Below are positions 32,109-41,882 of a stretch of DNA of 64,000 nt, one piece after another. Under the pieces are notes generated by a model, which saw only the letters and a program-made list of their open reading frames with translations, had not been told where the DNA came from and searched no databases. This DNA is from Thermodesulfobacteriota bacterium (GTDB lineage Bacteria > Desulfobacterota_D > UBA1144 > Nemesobacterales > UBA2774). The translations under genes and the position numbers were made by a program. The stretch spans positions 2,240,001 through 2,304,000 of the forward strand of contig OZ244991.1 of the NCBI GenBank assembly GCA_965223335.1, given 5' to 3'. Within the stretch, counting starts at the first letter, position 1, and each line of letters starts with the position of its first letter.

Positions 32109-32351
32109 TTAAACTTTATCATTCATACTATATGTAGCATCAACAATATTACTAGACTGTATATAATAGATTGGTTGACCAGATTCGTTCACTTCATTAC
32201 TCTTGACGATTTTACTGACTACGATTTTGACTTTTATCTTTGTTCCGTTCTCTAATTGATATTCGCTCCAGTCTTCATTGATAGCTTTAAAGTTAATTAT
32301 CTCACCCTCAATAGTGTTACCACTAACATTAAATTGTATTTTCTCACCCAT
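32109..32351 (-). CDS. Small beta-rich hypothetical protein
   Basis: E.WSEYQLENGT.IKVKIVV...GQPIYYIQS; AT-rich insert. Confidence 0.65.
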   Translation of the reverse strand: MGEKIQFNVSGNTIEGEIINFKAINEDWSEYQLENGTKIKVKIVVSKIVKSNEVNESGQPIYYIQSSNIVDATYSMNDKV

Positions 32352-32450
32352 TTAATCTTACCTATTCAATTTAGGTGTATGTTAAATTGTTACAACATAT
32401 AGGATAGCAAGTCAACTGCTTAACAACATAGCAAATATTAATGTTCTAAA

Positions 32451-32630
32451 TTACCTCGAAGCCCCATTGCGCTTGCTCAGCTTCTCAGACCCGTTGGTCT
32501 TTTGCTTCGGCTCGGCTGCCTTTTTAAGCTCCTCCAACTCCGCCTGCTGCTTAGGCGACTTCCCATCGCGATACATAGCCTTGCGCATGGCCTCGTTGAC
32601 CTTTTTGCGCGACTGCTCCTTCCAACCCAT
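32451..32630 (-). CDS. 59-aa basic phage protein (MGWKEQSRKKVNEAMRKAMYRDGK...)
   Basis: Starts 10 nt after stop of 32640-33434; below ORF-track cutoff. Confidence 0.55.
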   Translation of the reverse strand: MGWKEQSRKKVNEAMRKAMYRDGKSPKQQAELEELKKAAEPKQKTNGSEKLSKRNGASR

Positions 32631-32639
32631 ACCTAAATC

Positions 32640-33434
32640 CTACACCACAACCTCGAAAAGTACAGTACCAAACTCGGCCGTACTCACCGCCGGCGTGTTA
32701 AGCGACGCCCTCAGCTCCCCAGTCTTTTTGACGATATACGCCTGCCAACTCTGACCCAGGTTCATGTCCAGGTACATGGTCTTGGTACTATCCCTAAGCA
32801 GGTCCCCGATCTCCTGCACACGCGGGCCCTTCAGGTTCTGATACACCGTCGAGCGCAGCGTAAACGATATTATCATGGGCTGCATATTACCCAACCGTAT
32901 CTTCTCACTTTTCCCCGTAGGGAATTGATTTATCACCACCCCGGTCTCGGGGATAGCCACGTCAAACGGATACTCCACCGTGGTCTCCGCATCCAGTTCC
33001 ACAACGCTCTCGGGCAGCGCAACCGTCCCCACGCGAAAGTACCCCGCCCCGTCCACCGTACTCTGCACCGGTATCAACAGGCCCAGGTACTGCTTACCCG
33101 TAAGCGTTATCTCGTCCCGCCGCCTATACACCCCGTGCATCGGGTCAGGCTCTACTGTAAGCACAGAGGTCACGTCCGCCCACCCTGTGGACCCGTCTGC
33201 ACTCTCCTGATACTTCATCTGCGTAAAATTAACCCAGTCCACATAGCATGTGAGGTCCGTAGCGGTTGCACCCAGGTCTATAACCAGCCTCGACTCAGCA
33301 GTATCAGTCGTCCTCCACGCCCTCTGCGGACTATCTATGTTAATTGCGTTTTCCTTCGGAAACTGCACCGCCTCTGTTGTAGCCGAAGTCACCGTAACCT
33401 GCCTAAATGAATTGCTAATTTTCCTATTCGCCAT
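32640..33434 (-). CDS. Phage tail protein (distal-tail position)
   Basis: First major gene downstream of TMP; beta-rich discoidin-like N-half (P.RAWRT...LVIDLG). Confidence 0.6.
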   Translation of the reverse strand: MANRKISNSFRQVTVTSATTEAVQFPKENAINIDSPQRAWRTTDTAESRLVIDLGATATDLTCYVDWVNFTQMKYQESADGSTGWADVTSVLTVEPDPMHGVYRRRDEITLTGKQYLGLLIPVQSTVDGAGYFRVGTVALPESVVELDAETTVEYPFDVAIPETGVVINQFPTGKSEKIRLGNMQPMIISFTLRSTVYQNLKGPRVQEIGDLLRDSTKTMYLDMNLGQSWQAYIVKKTGELRASLNTPAVSTAEFGTVLFEVVV

Positions 33435-33864
33435 AAGTTTCTCTTATTGTTGATATATTATTTCCATTCATCCCATCAACAGACTCAGCAAAAACACCAA
33501 ACCTACAAAACACAGTGTCAAAACGCACAGATCCACAAATATCCTCAAAATATCCCAGATCATATCAAACTCCATGTTTTGTAGTTTAGATTTTTCAGTA
33601 GCTCTACCACTACTCCCTTACGGTGCTCTCCACGCCGCAACTATCCTGTAGATATATTACTTAGGCATATATATAGGCAATAATATATATACCTCACCCA
33701 TGCGTTTAATATAAACCAGTGCCATCGTTCCCACAAGGGGCAAATATGTTTTTACAAAAAAAGTCGCATATTGCACGCAGTGTGTGTTTTCATAACATAA
33801 TCTCAAGGGGGACTGTCCCGCCTTACCTTGTGGACTGTCCCCGTACTCGCGGTGTAAGATGTGT

Positions 33865-34260
33865 CTGGGTCCCCAGCCCCCCTACGACCCCATTTATACC
33901 CTGTCGGTCGCTCAACCTCCCTCTGCCCCAACCTATTCGGACCTACGGTCGTGGTACTACTACTCCCTATCGGCCCCCACCTTGCGGCCCCCATTGGCAC
34001 TAAAGTTTCGGCACTCCCTTTTGCCTGGGTCCCCAGCCCCCCTACAACCCCATTTATACCCTGTCGGTCGCTCAACCTCCCTCTGCCCCAACCTATTCTG
34101 ACCTACGGTCGTGGTACTACTACTCCCTATCGGCCCCCACCTTGCGGTCCCCATTGGCGCTAAAGTTTCGGCACTCCCTTTTGCCTGGGGTCGCTAGACC
34201 CCCTACAACCCCATTTATACCCTATCGGTCGCAAAAGACCGCTCCCTTACGGTCCCCATT
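33865..34260. repeat. 2.5 x 160-bp tandem repeat of the host GGGACCG family (reverse orientation)
   Basis: Units at 33865, 34025, 34185; reverse complement resembles 8514-8615 and 10786-10830. Confidence 0.88.
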
Positions 34261-34281
34261 TCATGTTATAATAAATTAATT

Positions 34282-34698
34282 ATGGATATTGGCGACACAC
34301 GCGAGTACCTGATGTTCCTCCAGGTGGTCGACCCGGCCATAAAAGACGTCTCTATGGCCTACAGACTCACGCCGGGTTTCGAATCCTCCTACACCGACGA
34401 CCCTCTCAATCCCGACCCACGGGCCACCGAAAAGGTCACCATTGTCGAGGTAGGCCACGACTACAACATCCTCCAGCGCGCCATCTGGGTGCTCGACAAG
34501 CGCAAGAAAAAGCACAAAACCCACGTGCTCTACCTCCGCTGCAAGGTCCAGACGGGCTGGCTCGTGGTCATCGAGCCCGAAGAGCTCGAGTACTACCACA
34601 TGGAGCTAAGCGCGGTGGAGTTCGACGTCCTTCGCGACGTCCTGTTCGAGTTCCTACCCGAGCTCCCCGACACCGCTAATTTAAGGTTCTCTTACTAG
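34282..34698 (+). CDS. Hypothetical protein convergent with TMP-A
   Basis: 138 aa, GC-rich codon usage, TATAAT upstream, 3' end overlaps TMP-A stop. Confidence 0.6.
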   Translation: MDIGDTREYLMFLQVVDPAIKDVSMAYRLTPGFESSYTDDPLNPDPRATEKVTIVEVGHDYNILQRAIWVLDKRKKKHKTHVLYLRCKVQTGWLVVIEPEELEYYHMELSAVEFDVLRDVLFEFLPELPDTANLRFSY

Positions 34699-37600
34699 CT
34701 TTCTGTATCGCCCCTCTTATCTTCCCGCCTTTGTTTATGCTCCTTACGATCGCGTCCTCGATGCTTGCCGGCAGCGCCGCCACCGCAGCACTCGACCCAC
34801 CGTTCACATTCACATTGATGTTTATCTCTCCCCCGATCATACTCTCCTGCTGCCTCGGAGTCGCCACCAGCTCACCGAGCTTGGTCGCCTGCACCAGGTT
34901 CCTATGCAACATCGACTGATGCCCCTGATTAAGTATCAGCTCTTTCGGATGCAGTCTGGCCAGCCCCCCAGTCTCGGTATACCCACCGGTCATAAATTGC
35001 GGGATGTTTGTAAGCGCCCCCTTAATATCCTTAAGCACCGTCAGCTGCTCCTGATCGATCTGCACTATATCCCGGTTAAAGTCCGCTATCAGCTGCAGCC
35101 CCTCTATCTCGGTCCTTATACCCTCGGCCTCAAGCTCTTCCAGCTGTGCGAGCCTTTCCTCAAGTATCGCAATGGCTTCGTTGCGCATAAATTCAAACAG
35201 CTCCTGCACCCTCTCAGAAGCCTGGAACGTAGCCTGTACGTTCTGCGATCCTATTGCCGAGAGCCTATCCTGCAGGGCCTCTATACGCAGGTCGATGCTC
35301 TCGAGCATCACGTTTCGTTCGGCGTTTAGCCTCTCTATCTCGGCGTTTATCTCCTCCACCGAACGGCTTGCGTTCTCTGTAAACTCTGCAAGCGAGCTCA
35401 ACCCACCCGTAACCTGCTCAAATATCGCTACAAACTCGGGGCTGTTTACCCCAAAGGCGTCCCCTGCCAGGTCAAACAGTGTTTTAAATGCGTCCTCCAT
35501 CCTGCGTGCTATCTCTATCTGTCGCTCTGGGTCGTTCACCACCGCAAGCTCCTGCTGCAGTCCCACCAGCTCCCCCTGCAGCATGTTTATCTGCTCTACC
35601 GTTGTAAACACACTCTCTGCACTAAACACTATGCTCCGTAATGTTTCCCGGATACTCTCTGTCAGGCTCGCAAATTCCTCTGCAAGTCTCAGCTCCTCTT
35701 GCAGGGCCTCTATCCTTGTATCGAAGTTCTCTTCTATTAGGTCTTTCTCGCGCTCGAGTCCCGCTATCTGGCTCTCTATCCCCCTGCGTTGCGCTTGTGC
35801 TCTTGCCTCTGCTGCTGCCTGTGCAGCGGCCTGCTCCGCCTGCAACAGCCCCGTTGCCAGCGAGTTTAATTGTCCCAGCAGGCCCTCACGTTCCGATAGC
35901 GACAGACCCCCGCCCTCAAGGGCACCCTGTATCGAGTCTATGGCCTGGTTCATGTACCCCGTGGTGTCCACGGCCGTCCCACCAATGCTCACGATAGTAC
36001 TGTTCAGCTGGTCCACCACGCCTATTATGTTTATTACCGAGTCCACTATCTCTGTGCGCAGTGCGATTATGGCGTTACGAAGCTCCACAAAGTCCTGCAC
36101 GGTGCTTGCATCCAGCTCAACATTATTCAGCAGTTCCCTAAGCTTCGCATTAAACTCTTCAACCGACGGCACACCCTCAAACCCAAGCGTATCTGCAAGG
36201 CTCTTTACACTGTTTATGGCTGCTGTAATACTGTCCCCTGCGTTACCCTCTATGATGTTAAACGCATCTACAAATGCGCTAAAGTCTTCTAAGAGCTGCT
36301 GCCCTACCGCTGCCCGCTCCTCTCTACTGCTTGTGTTCTTAAAATCTTCTAATCTGCCCGCCAAAAACTCGCTTGCCGCCTCCGGCAATACACCCAACGA
36401 CTCAAATGCACCCTGCAAAAAGTCGTCTATTGCAAACAGGAATTTCGCTTGTAGCTCCCCGTTTATAAACTGCTCAAATTTTTTCTTGATCTCTTTCCCT
36501 TTAGCGTCAAATTCCAGGAACCTTTCACCCTTTATCACCGTGTCTATATCAAGCTGCGTGTTCGACAACTGTTCCCTAAGCGTTTCGGCCAATTCAGACG
36601 GCAGCCTGTTTATAATCTCAAGCACGTTGTCCGCAGCCTGCTGCAGTGTCTCCTGCAGTAACTCTTTTATCTTCTCATCCCCGCCTACGCCCAGTCCCGC
36701 CTTTCTCTTCACCGATATCTGTGCAATCTCATCTAAAAAGAAATCCTCATCCAATAGCTCTTTTACAAACGCCGCTCTGCGCCCCGCCTCTGTCTTTATC
36801 GAGTCAAAGTCCAGGTCGAGCCTCGGCTTTTTCTTAAGGAAACCTTTTATGAGACTAACCAGCGGTAGAGCCACCGATACTATTGCCCCCACCACTGGTA
36901 TCGCACTCGAAATAAAGGTCCCGATCCCCGCAAATGCCTTTCCCAATCCTGCCAATGCTCCTCCCGTGCCAAACAACCCCTTTACCGAGTCTATTATCCC
37001 GCTTACCCCGGGTATCTTGCTAAGCCCGCTTCCAATGGTCTTAAACCCCTGTCCTATGTCGAATAACCCTGCCAGGCCTTTAGCCCCGCCACCCCCTTGG
37101 GCTCCTGCTCCACCCCCCTGCACCTTGGGTTGCAACAGGTAGATTATCGGTTTCGATGCGATTGCCGCCACCAAGTCCGAGAACGACTTAAGGATTGAGT
37201 CCATAGTCGCATCCCAGAAATCACTCAAGCTGTCAAAGTTGCCTTTCAAGGTTTCGAATATCAGGTCGCCAAAGTTCTGGCTTATGTTCGCTACCACATT
37301 CGCCGCATACACCCCAAATTCATCAAGTATTCCCTTAGCCTCTTCAGTGCTCTTTTTAACATCTTCAGGAACCTGATCACTATCGTTCCCACTAGATATA
37401 GCGTATTCGAAAAAGAGCCCATCAAAGCCCTGCTCTTTTAACCTTTTATTTATCTCTTCTAATTTTCGTGCAGCCTCTTCCAGTTCCTCACGTGTCCATT
37501 CCCTAGTAGCTTTAGCGGCCTCGTTAATAGCATCTTCATTATCCTTCAGCTCACCCGTATTCTGCGCTACGTATTCTGTTAAGTTTTGTAACGTTACCCC

Positions 37601-38740
37601 TGCATCTTTAGTAGTTTGTGCAGCTACACCGTAGGTTTTAGCTACATTTTCTACTGTATTATTTAATTCTTTGTAATTAATTGTTGTGTCTTTTATAACC
37701 TTCAAGCCAGCCGGAAAATTATTCCCAATGCTTGTAAGCATTGTTTCAACATTCTCAAGCTGCTCTTCGACTGCTTCACCCTGTTTGTTGAAATCTTTAA
37801 TTGAGTTTATTGCTCCCTCTGTATCAATGTCTAACTTCTTTTCTATACCTCTGTTTTTACCTTCCCGATTTTCAAAATCTTTTATTTGTTGAACTGCACC
37901 TTCCTTATCAATTGTTATTTTCTTCTCAACTGGTATTTTGATTGGGTCAATATCATTAAATATCTGAAGGAGATCATTTAAATCAAGTTCTTTAGATACT
38001 TCTTCGTTGAGATTCTTAAATTGTTCTAATGGAAAAATATCTTCTATTGGTAGAACATAATTTTTAAGATCTTCTTTGTATCTATTTAGTGCTTCTATGC
38101 TTGCAGTTGGATCAATTAATTCTTGTATTTCTTTTTTCTTTGTTTCGATAGATTGTTTTAATTTCTCAATTTCTTCTGTATTTTTGTTGATCTCAAACTG
38201 AAGTGGATCGCTCCTCAGCACACGATCTTCTTTTATTATTTCAGGCGTTACTTGTATGTGCTTTAGTTGTTCTATACTTTCGTTTAGCAGTTTAATATTA
38301 TTTTCTATTGCTTTAATTTGTTCATCTGTAAGATTCTTGATACCTTTTCTACCTGCTTCTAATGATCTCTCAAGGTAATGTTTTATAATCTCAAATAAAA
38401 ATATTTGGAAATCGGCACCTATATTAGATCTAAACATATTACCAATCATGACATCTAATTGTTCAAGCCAGGCTCCAATTTCTAATGTTACTAAATCAAC
38501 TACATCCCTAATATAATTTTTTCTTCTTTGTATCCGTAAGGACTTATTGCGATTTTCAAGTTGTTCTATGTTTGAATTTATAGATTCTATATCGGATTCA
38601 ATACTTTTAACTTTGATTTGAATTTCGCGTTGGTCTAAATCTACAATGGATTTTTCTGTTACCTCTATCTTCTTATTAGCATCATCAAGAGCTCTATCAT
38701 CAACTTCAAATGCAAGTTGGTATGTTGATTTATAATTCAT
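34676..38740 (-). CDS. Tape measure protein allele A (full-length, 1354 aa)
   Basis: Long coiled coil, Gly/Ala amphipathic segment, C-terminal FMTGG...GLARLHPKELIL and ININVNVNGG typical of TMP ends; upstream of tail-tip genes. Confidence 0.85.
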   Translation of the reverse strand: MNYKSTYQLAFEVDDRALDDANKKIEVTEKSIVDLDQREIQIKVKSIESDIESINSNIEQLENRNKSLRIQRRKNYIRDVVDLVTLEIGAWLEQLDVMIGNMFRSNIGADFQIFLFEIIKHYLERSLEAGRKGIKNLTDEQIKAIENNIKLLNESIEQLKHIQVTPEIIKEDRVLRSDPLQFEINKNTEEIEKLKQSIETKKKEIQELIDPTASIEALNRYKEDLKNYVLPIEDIFPLEQFKNLNEEVSKELDLNDLLQIFNDIDPIKIPVEKKITIDKEGAVQQIKDFENREGKNRGIEKKLDIDTEGAINSIKDFNKQGEAVEEQLENVETMLTSIGNNFPAGLKVIKDTTINYKELNNTVENVAKTYGVAAQTTKDAGVTLQNLTEYVAQNTGELKDNEDAINEAAKATREWTREELEEAARKLEEINKRLKEQGFDGLFFEYAISSGNDSDQVPEDVKKSTEEAKGILDEFGVYAANVVANISQNFGDLIFETLKGNFDSLSDFWDATMDSILKSFSDLVAAIASKPIIYLLQPKVQGGGAGAQGGGGAKGLAGLFDIGQGFKTIGSGLSKIPGVSGIIDSVKGLFGTGGALAGLGKAFAGIGTFISSAIPVVGAIVSVALPLVSLIKGFLKKKPRLDLDFDSIKTEAGRRAAFVKELLDEDFFLDEIAQISVKRKAGLGVGGDEKIKELLQETLQQAADNVLEIINRLPSELAETLREQLSNTQLDIDTVIKGERFLEFDAKGKEIKKKFEQFINGELQAKFLFAIDDFLQGAFESLGVLPEAASEFLAGRLEDFKNTSSREERAAVGQQLLEDFSAFVDAFNIIEGNAGDSITAAINSVKSLADTLGFEGVPSVEEFNAKLRELLNNVELDASTVQDFVELRNAIIALRTEIVDSVINIIGVVDQLNSTIVSIGGTAVDTTGYMNQAIDSIQGALEGGGLSLSEREGLLGQLNSLATGLLQAEQAAAQAAAEARAQAQRRGIESQIAGLEREKDLIEENFDTRIEALQEELRLAEEFASLTESIRETLRSIVFSAESVFTTVEQINMLQGELVGLQQELAVVNDPERQIEIARRMEDAFKTLFDLAGDAFGVNSPEFVAIFEQVTGGLSSLAEFTENASRSVEEINAEIERLNAERNVMLESIDLRIEALQDRLSAIGSQNVQATFQASERVQELFEFMRNEAIAILEERLAQLEELEAEGIRTEIEGLQLIADFNRDIVQIDQEQLTVLKDIKGALTNIPQFMTGGYTETGGLARLHPKELILNQGHQSMLHRNLVQATKLGELVATPRQQESMIGGEININVNVNGGSSAAVAALPASIEDAIVRSINKGGKIRGAIQKASKRTLN

Positions 38741-38909
38741 GTTTTAGTTACGAGGTGTCACATTCAGCTATTATACGTTGTAATGTGCTCTCTACTCCTT
38801 GAAGTGATAAATTTATTGTTTGTGATATATGCTTGTTAACTTCAATTCTTAGACTAGTTAACTATTATGCGATATAGATTTTTGACTATTAATTATTTAT
38901 AATAAAGGT

Positions 38910-39236
38910 ATGCAGTATGTATGTCAGAAATGTTATTACAAAGGCAAACCAAAATATTCACACTTAAACAACTATCGCATACCAATAGGTGGTTTTTTTA
39001 TTGGATTTGGTATCTATATGGTTTCCCATTTGAGTAATTCATCTTTTGCTAATTCATATCCATTCATTTTTTACATATTATTTTGTTTTCCATTCGTTCT
39101 ACTCGGAGCATTCTTAATTTATAATTATCAGGATAATAACAGCGACTTGTGTCCAAAATGTTCCTATGGACATATGCTTCTGTTGAATACCGTAAAAGCA
39201 AATAAATTTATTCAAACAAACAACATAAAAATTTAG
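38910..39236 (+). CDS. CxxC-2TM-CxxC membrane protein (cassette 1a)
   Basis: CQKC, two hydrophobic helices, CPKC. Confidence 0.8.
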   Translation: MQYVCQKCYYKGKPKYSHLNNYRIPIGGFFIGFGIYMVSHLSNSSFANSYPFIFYILFCFPFVLLGAFLIYNYQDNNSDLCPKCSYGHMLLLNTVKANKFIQTNNIKI

Positions 39237-39258
39237 AAATTCTTAATATTGAGAACCT

Positions 39259-39630
39259 ATGCAGAAAATATGTATAAATTGTAATTATATTGGTAAAGAA
39301 ACATACAAGTACTCTTTTCTTATAATCCCAGGTATCTTGACATACCTTGGTCTGCAATTTGTGAAAGTATTCATGCTGGTATCACTTTTTAAAGTTTTAG
39401 GTGGAATAGTTTTTATTGCGATTGGTCTATATTCATTGATAATATTTGTAAGAAATAAAGAACAGTGTCCAAACTGCAACGGTTTCAGGACTATGATTCC
39501 CGTTGATACCCCTCATGCCAAGCGAATAATTGAAAAACATAATCTTACTATCCCAGATCAACTAGAAAGCAATCATGTAACTAGTCATACTCAAACAAGT
39601 TCTTCATCCCCCTTCCAATCCCCAAAATAG
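39259..39630 (+). CDS. CxxC-2TM-CxxC membrane protein (cassette 1b)
   Basis: CINCNYIG...CPNC...MIPVDTP.A; ends SSSSPFQSPK. Confidence 0.8.
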   Translation: MQKICINCNYIGKETYKYSFLIIPGILTYLGLQFVKVFMLVSLFKVLGGIVFIAIGLYSLIIFVRNKEQCPNCNGFRTMIPVDTPHAKRIIEKHNLTIPDQLESNHVTSHTQTSSSSPFQSPK

Positions 39631-39635
39631 CTGTT

Positions 39636-41789
39636 CTATCCACACCCTATCCCCATACTCTCATCCATTGCCTTATCCATGCTCTCTAACCTCTTCCCAT
39701 CATACACTTCATTGACTTCATCCACATTCCCTAACCCCCACGACCCCAATTTATCCCCTCCCTGTCGCTCATAAACTACATTTGCTTGCGGCCCCCACAT
39801 CTCTTCCCATGTAATATCTACAATCTCATCACTATAATCCATCTTTACAGCCTTAAGCCCGCTTCCAATGGTCTTAAACCCCTGTCCTATATCGAACAAC
39901 CCTGCCAGGCCTTTGGCCCCGCCACCCCCTTGGGCTCCGGCTCCACCACCCTGCACCTTGGGCTGCAACAGGTAAATGATCGGTTTTGAAGCAATTGCGG
40001 CCACCAGGTCCGAGAACGACTTTAGAATGGAGTCCATAGTCGCATCCCAGAAATCACTCAAGCTGTCAAAGTTACCCTTTAAGGTCTCGAATATCAGGTC
40101 GCCAAAGTTCTGGCTTATGTTCGCTACCACATTCGCCGCATACACCCCAAACTCGTTTAAACTATTTTTTGCTTGGCTTGTATCTTCATTAATCTTTTCC
40201 GCTACATCAGTGTTAACTTCAATATCTATGACACCCCCACCCGGAATTTCGTCATTAAGTAGTTCTCTTATCCTCTCCCGTAATTTTTCAAGTTCCTTCC
40301 TCGATAGATTTAATCCAAGAATTGCAAAATCTTGAGTTGACTTATTTGCTTCTAGCGTCAAATCGATATATTGTTCAATTAATCTTAGGTACTTAAGCAT
40401 ATCTTCATTTAATTCTTCGATATTTTCTTCCACATCCTCAGTACTAGCACCTACTAAATCCATACTTGTTGTAAAAGATGTTGAATTTTCTTCTGCAATT
40501 TTTTTGATTGTTTCAAATCCTCTATGCTGTTCTTCTGGGCCAATGAAAGGTATCAGTCCTTTAAAGTTAATACCCTTTAATTTATTAAAAACAGTTTCTG
40601 CTCCACTTCCAATCTTTCCTAATGCTGTACCTATTTTATTCACAGAGCTCTCTAATATTGGTACTATTTCTTCCTCCCAGACTATCTCAGAGTTTAATTT
40701 AATCGCTTCCCAATTATCTATAATTGTAAGTACACCGGCTGCAATTCCTGATAGACTGGCACCTACTAAAGTGAATTTCCCAATTGGCGAGGTAGCAAGC
40801 AATCTCAATCCATGCAACAAAGTACTAAGCCCTATACTTATATTCTTAGTTTTAGATACGAATTCTGCGACACTTTTTGTAACTTTATTGTTTGCTAATA
40901 TAGCTCCAAATTTTCTTATACTTTCAGTGATTTTTGAGAAGTCTACATTCGCGAGTTGATCTAATTTTATTTTGCCAGCTTCCTTAAGAGATCTGAGACC
41001 TTGTATCAGCTTGCCCCATTCTGCACGTGCACCTTCACCAATTGCTTTAAAGAAGTCTCTTACTCTATCGACTCCAGCTTTTGAGAAATCTCTCACCGTG
41101 CCTGCAAATTCTTTTAATCTATCAAACCCTCTTGATCCAAATTCTTTTGCCCGCCCGAGAAAATTTACAATATTATCGTATTGTGCCTTTCCACCTTCTT
41201 TTAGTGATCTGAGAAAGTCTTTAAAATTATAATAGTTAATCGAAACAAGATCCTTTATATCACTCCCGAGGCGTTTAAACACACCACCAACCCCTTGTTT
41301 CTCAAAAATATTACGAATGGTTTTAATATAATTTTCTGCAAATACCCTTGTGACTTCTAATGTTGTGCGCGTATGTTGTATTAATTCTCTATTTTTAAAG
41401 AAACCCAGCAACACATCATCTAATGCACCAAATGCTATTTCTAGAACTTCAGTTACTTCTGCAAAAGATATCCCTATTATTGGGCCTATAATTGATAATT
41501 CTTCAGCCTTCTCAATCAAATTATCTATAAACTCACTAAATGTACTTATAGTTTTTTCTTGATCTAGTCCAAACGTCTCAAATTCGTCCCTATTTCCAGC
41601 ACCTTTTGTTGTTAATTCCTGCAGTTTCTTATTGGTGGTGTCTATCTCTCCATTAAATTGTTCAAAAGTACTTCGACTCTTTTCTGCGACTTTTTCAATA
41701 TCATCCCCGGCTTTCTCAGTTTCATCCTTCAATTGTTCAAGAGCTTTGGTATCAGTTACAACCTTGAGAGTCAAATTTGTTATTTCCAT
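39636..41789 (-). CDS. TMP allele B (C-terminally truncated, 717 aa)
   Basis: Unique N-term; shares EFGVYAANVVANISQNFG...GFKTIGSGL with A, then short DYSDEIVDITWEEM tail. Confidence 0.8.
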   Translation of the reverse strand: MEITNLTLKVVTDTKALEQLKDETEKAGDDIEKVAEKSRSTFEQFNGEIDTTNKKLQELTTKGAGNRDEFETFGLDQEKTISTFSEFIDNLIEKAEELSIIGPIIGISFAEVTEVLEIAFGALDDVLLGFFKNRELIQHTRTTLEVTRVFAENYIKTIRNIFEKQGVGGVFKRLGSDIKDLVSINYYNFKDFLRSLKEGGKAQYDNIVNFLGRAKEFGSRGFDRLKEFAGTVRDFSKAGVDRVRDFFKAIGEGARAEWGKLIQGLRSLKEAGKIKLDQLANVDFSKITESIRKFGAILANNKVTKSVAEFVSKTKNISIGLSTLLHGLRLLATSPIGKFTLVGASLSGIAAGVLTIIDNWEAIKLNSEIVWEEEIVPILESSVNKIGTALGKIGSGAETVFNKLKGINFKGLIPFIGPEEQHRGFETIKKIAEENSTSFTTSMDLVGASTEDVEENIEELNEDMLKYLRLIEQYIDLTLEANKSTQDFAILGLNLSRKELEKLRERIRELLNDEIPGGGVIDIEVNTDVAEKINEDTSQAKNSLNEFGVYAANVVANISQNFGDLIFETLKGNFDSLSDFWDATMDSILKSFSDLVAAIASKPIIYLLQPKVQGGGAGAQGGGGAKGLAGLFDIGQGFKTIGSGLKAVKMDYSDEIVDITWEEMWGPQANVVYERQGGDKLGSWGLGNVDEVNEVYDGKRLESMDKAMDESMGIGCG

Positions 41790-41804
41790 CTTTGTTCTCC
41801 ATAA

Positions 41805-41841
41805 AAAAAGCCGACAATTAAGCTATTTAATTGCCGGCTTT
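41805..41841. terminator. Inverted repeat/terminator between TMP-B and its partner
   Basis: aaaagccgacaattaa-gctat-ttaattgccggctttt. Confidence 0.6.
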
Positions 41842-41882
41842 TGCATCTAGAATTTTATTTTCTATATAGTTATTCTCTTTAT

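Noticed and set aside
35172..37142. 656-aa + strand ORF (also 48374-49936, 43586-44140, 50309-50863, 57855-58172)
   Set aside because: Ser-rich antisense shadows of the TMP reading frame; no independent coding signal.
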